A DNA stretch of 64,000 bases from NCBI RefSeq assembly GCF_009914755.1, contig NC_060931.1; one strand, written 5' to 3'. The DNA comes from the human T2T-CHM13v2.0 reference genome, Homo sapiens. Below the pieces are notes generated by a model that ran no database searches, was not told where the DNA came from, and saw only the letters and a program-made list of their open reading frames with translations. This document shows, piece after piece, positions 36,294 through 60,528 of the stretch; the stretch's first letter is position 1; each line of letters begins with the position of its first letter. The translations under genes were made by a program, and so were the position numbers.

Positions 36294-37917
36294 CTAGCCC
36301 TTTCATCCTTCTGCCCTGTCAGTCCCTGCCCTCTGCAAGTGGGACAGGGGTGAGGGGAGTGTAGGAGCTCAGGTACGTGCATTCTCCAGCCCCCGTGGCA
36401 TTTCTGCAGGGGTTTGGAGCAGAAGAGAATGATGAGGTGGGCAGAATCCCCGGAGCCTGCGTGGAGGAGGAGAGAGAGGATGAGCTGGGCCCTGCTGGAT
36501 GCCTGGTTTCCCTATCTTTCCCCTAAGAGCCAGGCCGACCTCGTCCTGCTGGACGGCTGAGGAAACTGAGGCCTGGAGCAGCGAGGGGCCTGCTCAAGGT
36601 GCACCACTGCAATGCCAGCCGCGACTTCACCCACCCCATTCCCTAAGGGATGCCTGGGAGGTGAATAACCTGGAAGTTCAGGTGGGACCTCCCAGAGGAT
36701 CTAGGCATCCCTGTAGTGGACAGTGGCTCAGGCAGGCAGTGCCCAGGCTCGGAACCCTCCCAGGGGCCTGGAGGTTGCCAAATGGGCCCAATTTGCTGTG
36801 CTAATGTGGGCTTTCTGCTGCTTGGAACCTGTGCACACCCTCCTCCAAGAGCTGAGCCAGCAGCAACAGGACAGACTATAATTATGACAAGTTACATCCT
36901 GTTGTCCTGGCTCAGTTATTAGCCACATCGCCCAGCACCCAGCAGCTTGCACTCCGGGGGTCTGCCAGAAGCAGGGAGGGTGAGGTGAACCATTTGTTAA
37001 CACTCGCCCCCCATCCTGCCATACAACTTCTCCCCCACCCCCTGCCAACTAGGGATGCCTTTTCCTGCTAGTTACTCATCCCCTAAACCTGACCTCAATC
37101 ACCCTCCAGGGGAGATCGCTGAGCTGGACATTCCACCAGCCTCTACAGACCGGGGCACCCACAGCAGGGAGGATGGTGGACAGTAGGGAGTCCTCCCGAA
37201 AGATATCCCACAGCAACCCTCATTTTGCCGCCTTTAATCCCACACTTCTGGGGCTGGGCTCTGAGACAGGAATGCCATCCATGTTTGTTCCTTGCACAAC
37301 TCCAGGGAAGCCACTCACATAGACTGCAACAACTTAGAACCTTAGACTCCAATTAAACTGTGGCCTCTGCAGTTGGGCAGTGTACAACTTGAACGGCTGT
37401 ACATGTTCTGCAAGGTACAATTTCTCAACTCCTTCCCTCAAGCAAATAAGACACAAGTCCTGGAGGCACAGTTCTGTCCACCCAGCTGACAAATTCTGGG
37501 GCTGCATTTCCAGAATGTTCTATGTGAAGTGGGAAAAGGATTCTTTCTTTTCTCTCCTCCTCTGGGCCAGTGTCATCATGGGAGTTCTGAGTACAGTTGC
37601 AAGCCTGCTCTGGGAGAGAAACAGATACATGGAAGGAGAAATTCCAGGAGCTCGGGAGACAGCAAGGACCCAGACCCACATTGTCTGAGCCTGGCTGATG
37701 TTCTTCAGTCAGCAGAGCTTCTCGGACCTCAAGTTTAGAGAGTTAGATTCATCATGAATTTTGGTTCATGGAACACCCGATCATTGACCCATAGCTGGCC
37801 CTTTTTTTCTCCATCTGGTTGATTAATTGATTGATTGGCTGATACAATGAACATCCATGAACACCACCCAACTCAGGGACTAGAATGTCACCAATAACTT
37901 ATGTCACTTGTGCCTTC

Positions 37918-38278
37918 TGATATAGTTTGGCTGTGTCCCCCGCCAAATCTCATCTTGAATTGTAGCTCTCACAATTCCCACGTGTCATGGGAGGGACCTG
38001 GTGGGAGGTCATTGAATCATGGGGGTGGGTCTTTTTCATGCTGCTGTTCTCATGATAGTGAATAAATCTCATGAGATCTGATGGTTTTATAAAGAGGAGT
38101 TTCCCTGCACAGGCTATTTCTCTTGGCTGCTGCCATGTGAGACGTGCCTTTCACCTTCCGCCATGATTGTGAGGCCTCCTCAGCCACGTGGAGCTGTGAG
38201 TCCATTAAACCTATTTCTTTTGTAAATTACCCAGTCTCGGGCATGCCTGTATCAGCAGTGTGAAAACGGACTAATACA
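37918..38278 (+). mobile_element. THE1 (MaLR) solo LTR
   Basis: tgatatagtttggctgtgtcccc...attaaacct...ggactaataca; ~360 bp. Confidence 0.88.
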
Positions 38279-38394
38279 TATTCCTACCCACCTGCCCTCC
38301 TTCACACAGAGGAACGACCATCCTGAACTTATGCCTATTATTCTCACCCTGATTTTATGACATCTACATGTACACTTAAACAATACATACTTGA

Positions 38395-38886
<492 letters not shown>

Positions 38887-39008
38887 TAATAGAGACAGGG
38901 TTTCACCATGGTGGTCAGGCTGGTCTTGAACTCCTGACCTCAGGTGATCTGCCCGCCTCAGCTTCCCAAAGTGCTGGGATTACAGGTGTGAGCCACTGCT
39001 CCCCGTCA

Positions 39009-41011
<2,003 letters not shown>

Positions 41012-42663
41012 GGGCAGGCATTTGGCCATCTCACACTATTTAGATGAGGGATTCCTCCTTCACCAATGGGGTGAATAGGAGATTATCAGGGCACATGTGA
41101 CTTGCTTTGATCAATGGCATGAGAGGAGAAATGATGGGCCAGTCCCAAATCTAAAGCCTTGACTCTCTCCTTCTGCCTTCACCCCATGCCATGACCAAGA
41201 GAGAAGCTGCACCCTCAGCCTGGGACCCAGGAAGAATATACTCAGAGCAGAGCAGCCCTGGCCAATCCCCAGACTCTCAGCTTGAGTCAGGACTTCCCAC
41301 CAAGCTCAACATAGCCCCAACCTAGATCAACCAAGCCCCAGCCAAGCTGCAGAGCCATTAGCATTAACGAATGTAGCTTTGAGCCACCAGAGATGGGGGT
41401 GATCTGTTACTCAGCATTATGGTGTCAATGGCTAATCCATTGAATCAAAATTCACTTATGTTGCTATATGACGCCACATGTGGCTTATTCTTAATTGTGT
41501 AACTATAGGCCCATTAATGTATCCACTTTTCTTATTGATGAGTATTTGAGTTGTTTCAATCTTTTGCTACCATAAATAGCACTGTCTTAACCTTCTTTTA
41601 AATTTCTCAGCCAGGTGCGATGGTATACGCCTGTAATCCCAGCACTTTGGGAGGCTGAGACGGGCAGATCAACTGAGGCCAGGAATTCAAGCCCAGCTCA
41701 GCCAACATGGTGAAACCCTGTCTCTACTAAATACAAAAATTAGCCGGGCATGGTGGCGGGTGCCTGTAGTCCCAGCTGCTCGGGAGGCTGAGGCAGAGAA
41801 TTGCTTGAACCTGGGAGGCGGAGGCTGCAGTGAGCCAAGATTGTGCCACTGCACTCCAGCCTGGGTGACAGAGTGAGATTCCATCTCAAAATAAATAAAT
41901 AAATAATCTTGATGTGTGTGGGCAAGAGTTTCTCTGGAGAATATAGCTAGAAGTAGAAACGCACATATTCAACTTTACAAGATAGTATCAAATTGTTTTT
42001 CAAAGAGGCTGCACCAATTGTCACTCCTACCAGTCATCCATGAGACCCGGCTCATTTCATCCTATCCAATATCTGCTGTCAGAGTTGGGTGGTTTTTTAT
42101 TTTTGCTTTGTTTTGTTTTGGGTTTTGTTCTTGCTTTTCCTTTCTTTCTTTCTTTCTTTTTTTTTTTTTTTTTTTTGGGACAAAGAGACAGGGTGTCACT
42201 CTGTTGCTCAGGCTGGAGTGTAGTGTTGCAATCATAGCTCACTGCAGCCTCAAACTCCTGGGCTCAAGCAATCCTCCTACCTCAGCCTCCTGAGTAACTG
42301 AAACTACAGGTACACACTCCATGCCTGGATAATTTTTATTTTTTTATTTTTGTAGAGATGGGGGGGGTCTCGCTATGTTTCCCAGGCTGGTCTCAAACTC
42401 TTGGCTTCAAGCAATCTTCTTGCCTCTGCCTCCCAAAGTATTGGGATTACATGTGTGAACCACTGCACCTGGCAGAAAAATATTTTTTTATGAATGTAGT
42501 GTAGCCCAAGTTCTCCATCTTAATGTAGCCAAATTTTTCTTTGCTGTTTTGGTGTGTCTCACACCACTTCACTAATAGCAAGCAACATTAATGGCAACTA
42601 GATGCTAAATGTTCTATAACAGGGATAAGTTGAATTATGTCAAATCCACACAATGAAATACTA

Positions 42664-43060
<397 letters not shown>

Positions 43061-43281
43061 CTAAGTAACAAAATTTGATTCTAAATGTGTTAAGATAAAC
43101 TGAAATGTCTTCCACCTGTCATTAGACCCAGACTTAGAATAAAAATCAATCTAATCCAAGCTGAGTCCATCCACGCAGGTTAGAAAAGAGCCCTTTGTTG
43201 CTAGAGAGGGTTTTATGGTGATGTAAGTCAGGCTTCCCAGGAAAATCTACGGAGGGGACAAGACCAACGCCGTATAAATGA

Positions 43282-43521
<240 letters not shown>

Positions 43522-45477
43522 TGAACTCCTGACCTCAAGTGATCCACCCACCTGGGCCTCCCAAAGTGCTGGGATTACAGGTGTGAGCCACCGCACCCAG
43601 CCCAGGTTCATCTTGATTTGAAATTGGCCATGTTACTTCTGAGAAAGAAATGATGAAAGCAGTGGTCATTTTGGTGAGATGTGCTTAGTTCTTGCCCTCC
43701 TGAGGGTGGTCCCTGCCGCCCTCTCTGGGAGGATCCTGAGGTGGTCTGGAGTGCCAATCTTTGTTCCCCAGCAAAGCACAAGAAGGGGCCAGTGGAGGGT
43801 AGGGGAGACGGGGAGAGTCAAAAATTTCTGTCATATAAGATTAGAAACAAGTCAAGTGTGGTGGCTCATGCCTGTAATCCCAGAGTTTTGGGGGGCCGAG
43901 GGGGGAAGATCGCTTGGGCCCAGGAGTTCAAGACCAGCCTGAGCAACATAGCAAGACCCCATCTCTACAAAAAATGTAATAATTAGCTGGGTGTGATGGC
44001 ACAGGCCTGTAGTCCCAGCTACTCAGGAGTCTGGGGTGGAAGGATCCTCGAGCCCAAGAGTTCAAGGCTACAATGAGCTATGATGGCACCACTGCACTCC
44101 AGCCTGGGTGACCGAGGAAGACCCTGTCTCTAAAAAATAAAGTCAAGAGGGCAGGCACGGTGGCCAGCACTTTGGGAGGCCGAGGTGGGTGGGTCACTTG
44201 AGGCCAGGAGTTCGAGACCAGCCTGGCCAACAGGGGGAAACCCCATCTTTACTAAAAATGCAAAAATTCCCCGTTGTGGTAGCGCATGTCTGTAATCGCA
44301 GCTACTTGGGAGGCTGAGGCAGGAGAATGCAGTGAGCCAAGATTGCGCCACTGCACTCCAGCCTGGGTGACAGCAAGACTGTCTCAAAAAATAAAAATAA
44401 AATAATAAAATAAATAAAATCAGTAACTATCTATTGGAAGGTGGAACTTCTTTGAGATCTGCATCAAAGTTACATTTGTATAACAAATGCCCTAATTTAT
44501 TTATATTGTCTATTTCAGGTGGCTGGGCGCAGGTGGTGGGGGGAAGCCCCTACAGAGATTGGAGGGGGAGCTAAAGATTCCCTAAGCCCTCACTTGTGCT
44601 GTGTGTGGTGTAGGTGAAAGTGACAAGGGGTTTCTTTCTCCACAGGGGAGGAGAGGCGTATCTAAGACCGGGATGTATCTAACATGGGGACTTAGAGGGA
44701 GGGGGTGCAGAGGAGAAAGGAAAACAGGAAGAGGGTCTTCTCCTTCTCTCTGCTCCACCTCAGAGCCGCTAGCAGAGCTGGGCACGTGGCGAGTTCTCCG
44801 GGAAACCTCCCAGGCTCCGCTCACGCTCCCACATGGCCCCAGGTGACCTCGGGGTGCCCGCGCTGTGGGGAGCCTTCAAGGCGCCCGAGTGAACCTGGGG
44901 ACTGTTTGAAGTCCCGGCACCTTCTAAGGATTCCGTTTAACAAGCTGGGTGCCGTGAGCACTTGGATGAAAGGCGCTATGTAAAGACATGATATCATAAC
45001 CTATTAAAGCTCGTTTTCTTAGAAACAGGAAGGTCCATTTGCCAAGAGTAAACAGTGAGGGCAAGCCCTGCCCGGGCACAGGATCCCGCAGTTGAGAAAG
45101 TCATTCTGGGTGGGCTCAGGAGCCAGCGTGGGTCAGAGCGTGGGGGTGCAGAGGGGTTGGAGGTCTCCCCCACGCCCCAACCCCAGGAGGGAGAAGTCAG
45201 CAGAAACAGCAGCTGGGGCCCCAGAGGGCTGGAGAATTCCAGCCTAGCAGGAATGAGGGAATTACTGGCCCGGTCTGGATGGAGGGGGCCACTCCGTCAA
45301 ACTCAGAAACACCCCGACATCCTCTGCAGGATGTCACCTCCATGAAGGGACAAATGGGGGGTGCTGGCCCTGTAATTCCCCTTTCATTAATTCTACAAAT
45401 GTCAGGCCGGGCACGGTGGCTCACACCTGTAATCCCAGCACTTTGGAACACCAAGGCGGGTGGACCACTTGAGGTCA

Positions 45478-45828
<351 letters not shown>

Positions 45829-46531
45829 TCACCCAGCAGGAGGGCCCTGGGCTGGAAGCAGGGCCGGGCTTCCCATCCCTTCTTGAGCATGAACAAGCCA
45901 AGGCTTGCAGTGGGCCTGTGACCCACCCCTGACCAGACCCCCCACCTCCCACCCAGCTCTCCCCGACCCCCCACCATGCCAGGCCCTGGCACTGAGGCTG
46001 TACCGTGTCTCCCCGTCCTGCAGAGTCCAATCAGCTCCCCCAAACTCAACCTCAGGCCGCGACCCTCGCGAAGGCCCGGAGGAGCCAGGCGCTGCTTCCC
46101 AGCAACTGCGTTTCCTCAGCCTTGTTTACAGTTGTTGAACTATTTTCGTCAAATTAATTAAATACATGCTAAATCCTCTCCAATTTGTTGTGCGATAAAT
46201 TAAAGATGCGAAGATTGTGAAACGCTCAAGAAAACCCACTGATGCTGATAAAAGCCGGCACCACAGCCCCGAGTCAAGCATCAGGCAGTCCAGAGTCTGC
46301 TTCTACCACCCGGCTGAATCAGAGTGGGGTTCTGAGGTCTCAGCGGCCAGGGTCCCAGGGAGACTTCATGTCTACCCACAAAGGTGACTCAAGGCCCAGG
46401 GGTGGCCCATGTCACTGGAGAGCACAGCGCATGGCTGCCAGGGGCACAGGACACAAAGTCCTTCCCCAGAGTGTACCGCAGGGCTTCCTACAACCCCTCA
46501 GGTCAGCAGCTTGCAGGAATAGCAACAGCTT

Positions 46532-47185
<654 letters not shown>

Positions 47186-47732
47186 TAGCAACAGCTAATG
47201 TTGATCTGAGATCGCAGTGCACAGTAACTCACGTAATCCTCATGCAACTCTCCAAGGGGGCAGGTGCTGCTATTATCCCATTGCACAGAGGAGAAAATGG
47301 AGGCACAGGAAGTAACTGGCCAAGTTCACACAGCCTGGGAGGACAAAAGGCCTGGATAGAGGCTGGGCTGTCCAGCTGTAGAGTCTGTGCTGGTAACCAC
47401 TATGTACACGAGATCCTCCTCGAGATCCTCCTCTAGCTCTGGCCTGTGCCAGGCATGGCTTTGGCAGAATCAGCCACCACAGGCCAGACCACACCCCTAG
47501 GAGGCCTCTGGGGTCTGGGACACACACCATCCCACCCACCCCACAGCTAGCATCTACCTCGTTCTAGTCTTGTTCTGTGTAAAGTGTACCCCATTGGCCT
47601 ACATGAGAGGGCAGGTCACCTATGAAAATCCCTTCACTCAGACAGGGGCCTCCTGCACCTGCCCGGGAAAAAAAGAGAGGCATGAGTGTTCCAGCCAGAG
47701 AAACTGAGGCACAGAGGGTCTTGCATCTGTGA

Positions 47733-48369
<637 letters not shown>

Positions 48370-48596
48370 TGATTCCACTCTTTGAGGTGGGCACGGGTGT
48401 ACCCCACCCGCTAAGCAGCACTGAGAGGCCAGAAACAACTGTGGATTTGAAAACATCTCGTAAACTCCAAATCCCAAAAAGGATGGTGATTGTTGGAAAT
48501 GTTGATGCTGGAGAAGAGGATGGGGACAAATTAGGTGAGTTCCAGGCCAGTGCCTCTTGCCAAGACACATGCACCCCCTCAACAGACCTCATTCCT

Positions 48597-48816
<220 letters not shown>

Positions 48817-48939
48817 TAGTAGAGACGGGGTTTCACCATTTTGACCAGGATGGTCTCGATCTCTCAACCTTGTGATCTGCCCCCGCTTGGCCTCCCAAAA
48901 TGCTGGGATTACAGGCGTGAGCCATCATGCCCGGAAGCA

Positions 48940-49056
48940 TTTTTTTTTTTTTTTTAGCTCATCAGCTATCATTAGTGTCAGTGTATTTCATATGTATGGC
49001 CCAAGACAGTTCTTCTTCCGATGTGGCCCAGGGAAGCCAAAAGATTGGACACCCCT
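48940..49056 (-). mobile_element. MER30 5' half
   Basis: Reverse complement of caggggtgtccaatcttttggcttccctgggccacat. Confidence 0.8.
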
Positions 49057-49402
49057 GGATTGGAGGGACACCAGTGGGGAAGAGCCAGGAGGATATGGGA
49101 CCACCTGCGATCAAGGAGAAAGCTCACCCCCACTTCCTGTGCTGTGGCCAATGGGTGGTGCCAGTCCTGCTCCTTCAAGGAAGCAGAACCAGGGAGGGTA
49201 TTTATTATAGAATAAGAATGAGCATTGGCCAGGCTCAGTGGCTCATACCTGTAATCCCAGTATTTTGGGAGCCTGAGGCGGGCAGATCACTTGAGGTCAG
49301 GAGTTCAAGACCAGCCTGGCCAACATGGTGAAACCCTGTCTCCACTAAAAATACAAAAATTAGCCAGGCATGGTGGTGCATGCCTGTAATCCCAGCTACT
49401 CA

Positions 49403-49684
<282 letters not shown>

Positions 49685-51385
49685 TCACACCATCTCTGTA
49701 AGATCACAGCCAAGCGTCCAGGGAAGGCACGGGTCACTGTGACTTCTTAACAGGGCCAGCAGCCTGGGAGAAGAGCCAGCCACCAATCAGGGAATAGGAC
49801 ATGCAGAAGAGTGTGGATAAACTGGAACCTGCGGGCACCTCTCTGTCCGTCTCTCTGCCCTGCCTCTAGCCATGATGATGCTCAGAGCACAAAGTTCGCT
49901 TTAGTCCAACTCTAACTCAGACCCACAGCGGGAAGGGGATTCTAGGAAACAAGGCTCCAGCTTGGCCAACTTGACTCAGTACAAAACCACCACAGCAGGA
50001 AGAGATGGAGCTGCTTGCTGAGACCAGGCGCCGGGGATGGGGGCAGGTTCAGGGATGCCTGGTATGGTTGTGTATGTTGTTCACTGCTCAAGAGCACCTG
50101 GCTAGGGAGCCAGGAGGGGCTGAAGCTGACCCTGGCATGAAGCCATATCTACCTGGAGGAAGGGGCGTCTTTTTCTAACTTGCATAAGATACCATTCAAA
50201 CCTGGGCAGGATGAGGGAAAGGCGTGGTGTGCTGGTTGAGGTGGAAGGTGTGGGGGTGTCCATAAGGTTAAACTTCTCCCAGCATCCATCATCCCCCTCT
50301 GTGACCAACACTGTAAGGGCCCCATACACAGGGCCCTTGCTGTCAGTTGGACTAACCAGTAACAGGCTTGTGGCATATGGCGATGGTCCTAAAATTCCCA
50401 GAGGGCAGGCAGTGCAAAAGCAGGCAGAGCCAGCTAACTTGGAGGGAGGATTATGCCTTAGGCAGAGCTGTTTCAGATAGAACGAGATGTCTTTTGAGGT
50501 AGTGAGCTCCCCGTCACTGGAGGTATTCAAGCAGAGCCAGATGGATGCTTGCAGGGTTTGGTGCAGGGGATGTCATGAAGCTCCAGGTGGCAGTTCAGCC
50601 ACTTGCTCCTCCTGGACAGTGAGTCAGACATGAACAAGACTTCAGAGGATTGGTGGCAGGTCTCGGGCAGGGTTGGGGGGAGTTCCTCTCCAGCCCTCCC
50701 CCACCCTTTGTCTCTGCTCAGTTCTTTTTGGAACCAGTTTAGGTATTTAGAAGATTAATTTCATATTTGTGCAAAGCAGGGGATTAGGAGGGGAGGAGAC
50801 TGAGGCTCTCTGCAGGTCGTTAATCTAAAAAAAGACTGCAAAATCGCTCTGGCCACGAGTCACAGCTGAGGGTGCCACTCACCGCCAGCAAGCCAGGGCT
50901 TTTCATCAGTAGTTTGCTTTCATTTTCTGCCGTCTCAGGACCAACACTCTTGAGCTCTGGGGAAGGTCAAAGGCAGAACATGGTGGGGTGGCCTCCATGC
51001 CACAGAGCAAGGAGGCTGGAGTGCCACCCCCATCACGCCAAGGTCCAGACTGCAGACCTCAAACAGAATTCCTGCCATGAGGACCACCCTGATTCCTCAG
51101 TCCACTGCCACCTCCTGCCTCACTCTTCGGTGCTCCTGGAGAAACCAGAGGCTCAGAGAGGGCATGGATTCACCCCAGCACACACAGCAAGTTGCTGATT
51201 CCTGACTCAGAGCTCCTCCTCGATGCTGCCACTTAGAGTTGAGGTGGTGGGAGCTGCTGGAGCCGTTCTGGGACTATCTGGAAGCACAGCCCATACATCC
51301 AGGAGTCTAGGGGGATTTTTTTTTTTTTTTTGTAACAGCATTATTGGGATAGAATTCCCAAGCCATACAATTCATCCATTTAAAG

Positions 51386-51621
51386 CAGGGATGTCCAATC
51401 TTTTGGCTTCCCCGGGCCACACTGGAAGAAGAATTGTCTTGGGCCACACCTAAAATACACTAACACTAATGATAGCTGATAAGCTAAACACAAACAAACA
51501 AAAAAACTGTCGCAAAAAAAGTCTCATAATGTCTTCAGAAAGTTTACGAGTTTGCGCTGGATTGCATTCAGGGCCGTTCTGGGCCACGTGTGGCCCACGA
51601 GCCACGAGTTGGACAAGCTTG
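51386..51621 (+). mobile_element. MER30 (hAT) element
   Basis: cagggatgtccaatcttttggcttccc...ggacaagcttg; 8-bp TSD atttaaag/atttgaag. Confidence 0.88.
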
Positions 51622-51747
51622 ATTTGAAGTGTACAATTCAATAAACTATCGAACTTTTGTATATTCAGAGTTGTAAAGCCACCACCAAAATCAATTTTAG
51701 AACAGTTTCATCTCCCCAGAAAGCAACCCTGTACTCATTGGCAGTCA

Positions 51748-51969
<222 letters not shown>

Positions 51970-51972
51970 TCA

Positions 51973-52302
<330 letters not shown>

Positions 52303-52539
52303 CTACAATAAATTTTAAAAATTAGCTGGGCATGGTAGCATGCACCTGTAGTCCAAGCTACTCGGGAGACTGAGTGGGAGGATCACTTGAAGCCAGGGGT
52401 TCGAGACCAGCCTGGGCAACATAGCAAGTCTCTGTTGGAGTCCAAGGCTGCACTGAGCCATGATCGCACCACTGCACTCCAGCTTGGGTGACAGAGCAAG
52501 AACATGTCTCAAACAAAACAAAACAAAATAGAAGAGAGA

Positions 52540-55225
<2,686 letters not shown>

Positions 55226-55238
55226 TGAGTTCTTCTGA

Positions 55239-55694
<456 letters not shown>

Positions 55695-55830
55695 TAAGCC
55701 ACGGCGCCTGGCCCTCCCTCTTTCTTGGTTTATTTATTTACTTTTCCTTCTGGGAGGGATGGATAGACAATACATTCGTGAAAATTTTGGAAGTCTAAAA
55801 AATAATATGGTCCCCAGGCTTGTTCAATAG

Positions 55831-56079
<249 letters not shown>

Positions 56080-56082
56080 TGA

Positions 56083-56235
<153 letters not shown>

Positions 56236-57563
56236 TAGCCAGGTGTGGTGGAGTGCCTGTAGTCCCAGCTACTTAGAGGCTGAGGTGGGAGGATCACTTG
56301 AGCCTGGGTGGTTGAGGTTGCAGTGAGCTTTGATGGTGCCACTGCAATCCAGCATGGGCAACGAAGTGAGACCCTATCTCAAAACAAACAAACAAACAAA
56401 AATTCTGGGGTCACGTTATGGTTGATGAGCAAGCCAAGGTGTGACAGTCAAGGGAAGCATCTGAGTGGGGTGGAGAGGAAGTCATTTGCCTCACTGTGAG
56501 ATAGGTGACCCTCGAGGCTCAGAGGCTGTGAGGGTGGAGGAGTGAGAGGAACCCCACAAATGGGGCTAATGTCTTCACTGAATGAGGGGTTATGGGGATC
56601 AATGAATGAGCCTCCAAGGATCCTCAGAGACGTTTCTGCTGCCTGACCAGGCCAGCATCCCACAGCCAAGGAGGCTGGGCTCTGTATTTGGTTCATTGAT
56701 CCAAGTTCCCTCTAGACCCCGGGATCATCTTCCTACCCCACCCCACACTGATCCCTCCCACCTCTCATCTCAGCCCACTCCAGTTCTGACAAACACATTC
56801 CCCAAGACCTCATCAAATCCCACATCAGTACATGCTCGGGAAGGAGTGGAGTTGGTTCCAGAGAGGTTGGCAGTGAACTGGAGTGAGAGATGGACAGAGA
56901 AATTAAGGGAATTTTCCTGGAGGGAAGGGCTTGAGGGTGGAGGTTGGGAGGCTCAGCTGCTAGAAGATCCGAGGAAGAGGACGCAGACCAACTGTGGTCT
57001 GGGACCCCAGATTGCTGAGCCATCAGCAAGGGGAGGGTGCTGCAGGGAGTTCCATTTGGGTTCAAATAAGGAAGCCCTCTTGAAGGAGTGAGTTCTCCAT
57101 CCAAGGGGGTGTGTAAGCAGAGGCTGCACATCCACCCCGCTGGGATGGTGCTGGTAGGATTCAGGCATGAGATGAGGATCTCCAGCCCTGAGACTCTACG
57201 AAAAGGAGATGAAGAGCAATGGGAGGGAGGGGAGAGCAAGACAGTGCCCGAGGCTAAAGAACAGACGCCACTATCTCAGCTGTGGAAGCAGCAGCTGGAG
57301 ATGGAACAAGCCCTTATGTGTGGGGAATTTGCCTCAGCAGATGAGGTACAGCGAGGATGCTCATGATATCTCCTGAAATGAATACAATCTGGAAAAAAAA
57401 CAAATTCAACAGAACCCATTTTTTTTCCACTAATAAACCAAGCCAACTTCAGTGCCATCCTAATTTATCTGTTGAGAAAGAAGGTCTTTATTCTCAGGAG
57501 GTGGGAATACCACTTCTTTATTATCATCATCATCATCATCATCATTTTTTTTTTTCTGTTTGA

Positions 57564-57751
<188 letters not shown>

Positions 57752-58215
57752 TGACCAGGCTGGTCTTGAACTCCTGGACTGATGTGATCTGCCCGCCTCG
57801 GCCTCCCAAAATGCTGGGATTACAGGCATGAGCCACCGCATGCCCAGCCAGACTCCCAAGTTTTCTTTGTCAATTCTTGCTTTAAATATCTTGAGGCTAT
57901 GTTATTAATGTATAAAAGATAAAAATGTTCTCTCTTTCTGATGAATTTACTTTTTTATTTTTCATTGACCCTCTTTATCTCTAGTAGTGCATTAGATCTT
58001 AACGTCTATTTTTTCTAACATTAATATAGCTACCTCACCTTTTTTCTTTATTTGCCTAGAGCATATTTTTCATCCTTAGATTTCTAATCCTTCTGTGTTC
58101 TTATTTTTGTGTGTCTTATGTTTTTGTGTGTCTTATAAATACCATATACTTGAATTTTATTTTAATTTTGTTTGACAATCTTCGTCTTTTAACTGGAGAG
58201 TTTAGTTTAGTTTGT

Positions 58216-58250
<35 letters not shown>

Positions 58251-58464
58251 GAGATGGAGTCTTGCTCTATCGCCCAGGCTGGAATGCAGTGGCTCAATCT
58301 TGGCTCACTGCAAGCTCCGCCTCCCGGGTTTACACCGTTCTCCTGCCTCAGCCTCCTGAGTAGCTGGGACTACAGGCACCCACCACCACACCCGGTGAAA
58401 TTTTTGTATTTTTTAGTAGAGACAGGGTTTCACGGTGTTAGCCAGGATGGCCTCGATCTCCTGA

Positions 58465-58671
<207 letters not shown>

Positions 58672-59215
58672 TAGGACTACAGGTATGTGCCACCATGCCC
58701 CCGCTAATTTTTTGTATTTTAGTAGAGACAGAGTTTCACCATGTTGCCCAGGCTGGTCTTGAGCTCCTGAGCTCAGGCAATCTGTCTGCCTCATTCTCCC
58801 AAAGTGCTGGGATAACAGGCGTGAGCCACCACGCCCAGCTAGTCCATTTACATTGAAGTGATTGGTGAGCAATTAGGGTTTATTGCTATCATCTTATTAT
58901 ATTTTCCTATTTGACTCATGTTTTCTCCTTCTTCGTCCCTCTCTTTTCTTGTCTTCCTTTGGTTTATTAGTTAGATATTATTGTAATAATGTTGCATAAC
59001 AGAAAACTTCAAAATCTCCGTGGTTTACAACACCAAAAACGATTTCTCACTCGAAGATCTGAGGCTGGCTACCGCTCTGCTAAGTCTTCTAATTGTTCTA
59101 TATTGTGGGTCTCCTCTAAGCATATTTTCACAGGGAGCAGGCTGAAGCAGGAGAGGCTACCTAGGGCATGTTTTTCTCACAGCAGTGACAGGCACAGAGG
59201 GACAAAGCTAAATCA

Positions 59216-59416
<201 letters not shown>

Positions 59417-59419
59417 TCA

Positions 59420-59524
<105 letters not shown>

Positions 59525-59544
59525 TCAAGAAAAAACAAACAAAC

Positions 59545-59905
59545 CAGAATGTAGATTTTCCCCATGAAAGACAGTTTTGTAGGGCCATTTCAAAATACAT
59601 CAAAGAAATATATTTGTGGGTAAAATACTTTGATTTCTTTCAGGGCCTGCTATCTGTCATGCTGGTATCTTATTGCTAAAGAGAGTCTGTTTTGTCAGTC
59701 TTAAGGTCTCTGTTTTAATGTGAATGCTGGTCAGCTGTACCTGAATTCCAAAGGGAGGTGGGTATAATGACGCATGTCTGACCAAAGCCATTCCCATCAC
59801 AGCCTGAACTAGTGTTTCAGATTTACTTTAGAATGCCCTTGGCCAAGAGAAGGGAACTATTCACTTGGCTGGTGGGGGTGCTTAGAATTTTATTTTTGGT
59901 TTACA
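59545..59905 (-). mobile_element. MER4B/D/E-type ERV1 LTR fragment
   Basis: Minus strand begins tgtaaaccaaaaataaaattctaagc. Confidence 0.7.
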
Positions 59906-60174
59906 GCTCCTAGGAGAAATATGTGTGTAGGTATGTACACCCACCACACACACACACCCCGCACTCATATAGATTATAATATAAAAACAACACATTCTGG
60001 CTGGGCGCGGTGGCTCACGCCTGTAATCCCAGCACTTTGGGAGGCTGAGGCAGGCGGATCACCGGAGGTCAGGAATTCGAGACCAGCCTGACCAACATGG
60101 TGAAACCCTGTCTCTACTAAAAATACAAAAATTAGCCGGGCATGGTGGAGGGTGCCTGTAATTCCAGCTACTCA

Positions 60175-60321
<147 letters not shown>

Positions 60322-60528
60322 TTAATACACCTAATTTACCAAACATCGTAGCTTAGCCAAGCCTACCTCAAACACGCTCATGTAACCAAGTATCGCCATT
60401 TTTCTAAGAGATAGTTTATTTTTCTCTCTCCCTTCTTTTCTCTTTCCTCCTTTACGCTGCTTCCTATTTAGCTATTTAGAAATGCAATTATAGCCTTTTA
60501 CCTCCCCTGCACCAGATACTCTCTATTT

